A stretch of 12,835 nucleotides of DNA from Okeania sp. (lineage in GTDB: Bacteria > Cyanobacteriota > Cyanobacteriia > Cyanobacteriales > Microcoleaceae): assembly GCF_035285525.1 (NCBI RefSeq), contig NZ_JAYKGW010000198.1, positions 1 to 12,835 on the forward strand, in the 5' to 3' direction. Shown piece by piece: positions 12,618 to 12,835 of the stretch. The notes below the pieces were generated by a model. It was not told the origin of the DNA. It did no database searches and worked only from the letters and a program-made list of their open reading frames with translations. Position numbers and translations under genes: made by a program. Positions within the stretch are counted from its first letter, which is position 1. Every line of letters begins with the position of its first letter.

Positions 12618-12835
12618 ATGATATAACGCAAGTAGGGGCGGGTTTCTCAGTTAAATTAACAACTTATCTAGAAATTAGATAAACCCGCCCCCCAATGATT
12701 ATGATATAACGCAAGTAGAGGAGGGTTTCTCAGTTAAATTAACAACTTATCTAGAAATTAGATAAACCCGCCCCCCAATGATTATGATATAACGCAAGTA
12801 GAGGAGGGTTTCTCAGTTAAATTAACAACTCATCT
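12618..12835. repeat. 83-bp tandem repeat array (2.6 units visible, truncated by the window end) with nested inverted repeats
   Basis: Units start at 12618, 12701 and 12784 (period exactly 83). Units 1 and 2 differ at 2 positions. Unit 1 contains GGGGCGGGTTT (12635-12645) / AAACCCGCCCC (12681-12691), enclosing TTATCTA-gaaat-TAGATAA (12664-12682). Confidence 0.9.

Noticed and set aside
12618-12700. ACGCAAGTAGGGG resembles the ACGGAAGUAGG core of glutamine (glnA / Downstream-peptide) riboswitches, which also occur in tandem in cyanobacteria
   Set aside because: I cannot find the other conserved segments (CGUUCAxCC, AAGGAACG) in the unit, and there is no downstream small ORF in the right orientation. 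The similarity is too short.
12618-12835. Possible CRISPR array (regular repeats with palindromic cores)
   Set aside because: The whole 83-bp unit repeats head to tail, with no unique spacers between repeats. No cas genes or leader are visible. It is a plain tandem repeat.
1-12835. tRNA, rRNA, tmRNA, RNase P, group I/II intron or known cyanobacterial sRNA (for example the Yfr1 ACUCCUCACAC core)
   Set aside because: I found no cloverleaf-compatible segments, T-loop GTTCGAATC-type motifs or the named conserved cores. ACCTCACAA at 4474/8005 is only a partial resemblance to Yfr1.

Overview
Visibly AT-rich chromosomal segment that looks like a filamentous, heterocyst-forming cyanobacterium (Nostocales type). 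Support: four perfect HIP1 octamers (GCGATCGC), several perfect heptanucleotide tandem arrays (STRR type), a Uma2/DUF820 gene and cyanobacteria-typical conserved hypotheticals. I call eight apparently intact CDS: DUF167/YggU-like; a 496-aa fusion of GH24 lysozyme, PG_binding_1 and a YkuD/Tlde1-like His-Cys domain; a 513-aa single-pass membrane protein with in-frame ~99-nt tandem repeats and a PilP/GspC-like C-terminus; a coiled-coil PspA-like protein; a MauE/DoxX-thioredoxin fusion; a lipoprotein of unknown function; DUF362; and a YqeG-type HAD phosphatase. Two genes are decayed: an RTX calcium-binding remnant and a Uma2 endonuclease. Roughly one third of the window is non-coding and packed with small repeats. 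The main one is a MITE-like family with (T/C)AGGACTTACGCA termini and 5-bp target-site duplications (7 copies). There are also at least three other short dispersed hairpin/repeat families, heptamer arrays, and an 83-bp tandem array that runs off the 3' end of the window. I see no rRNA, tRNA, CRISPR/cas, transposase, integrase or recognisable defence or toxin-antitoxin operon. I do not see a convincing complete novel multi-gene system. The best leads are the signal-peptide-less three-domain muralytic protein (with its membrane-anchored neighbour), the MITE family, and the 83-bp structured tandem array. All family assignments come from motif recognition by eye, not database searches.
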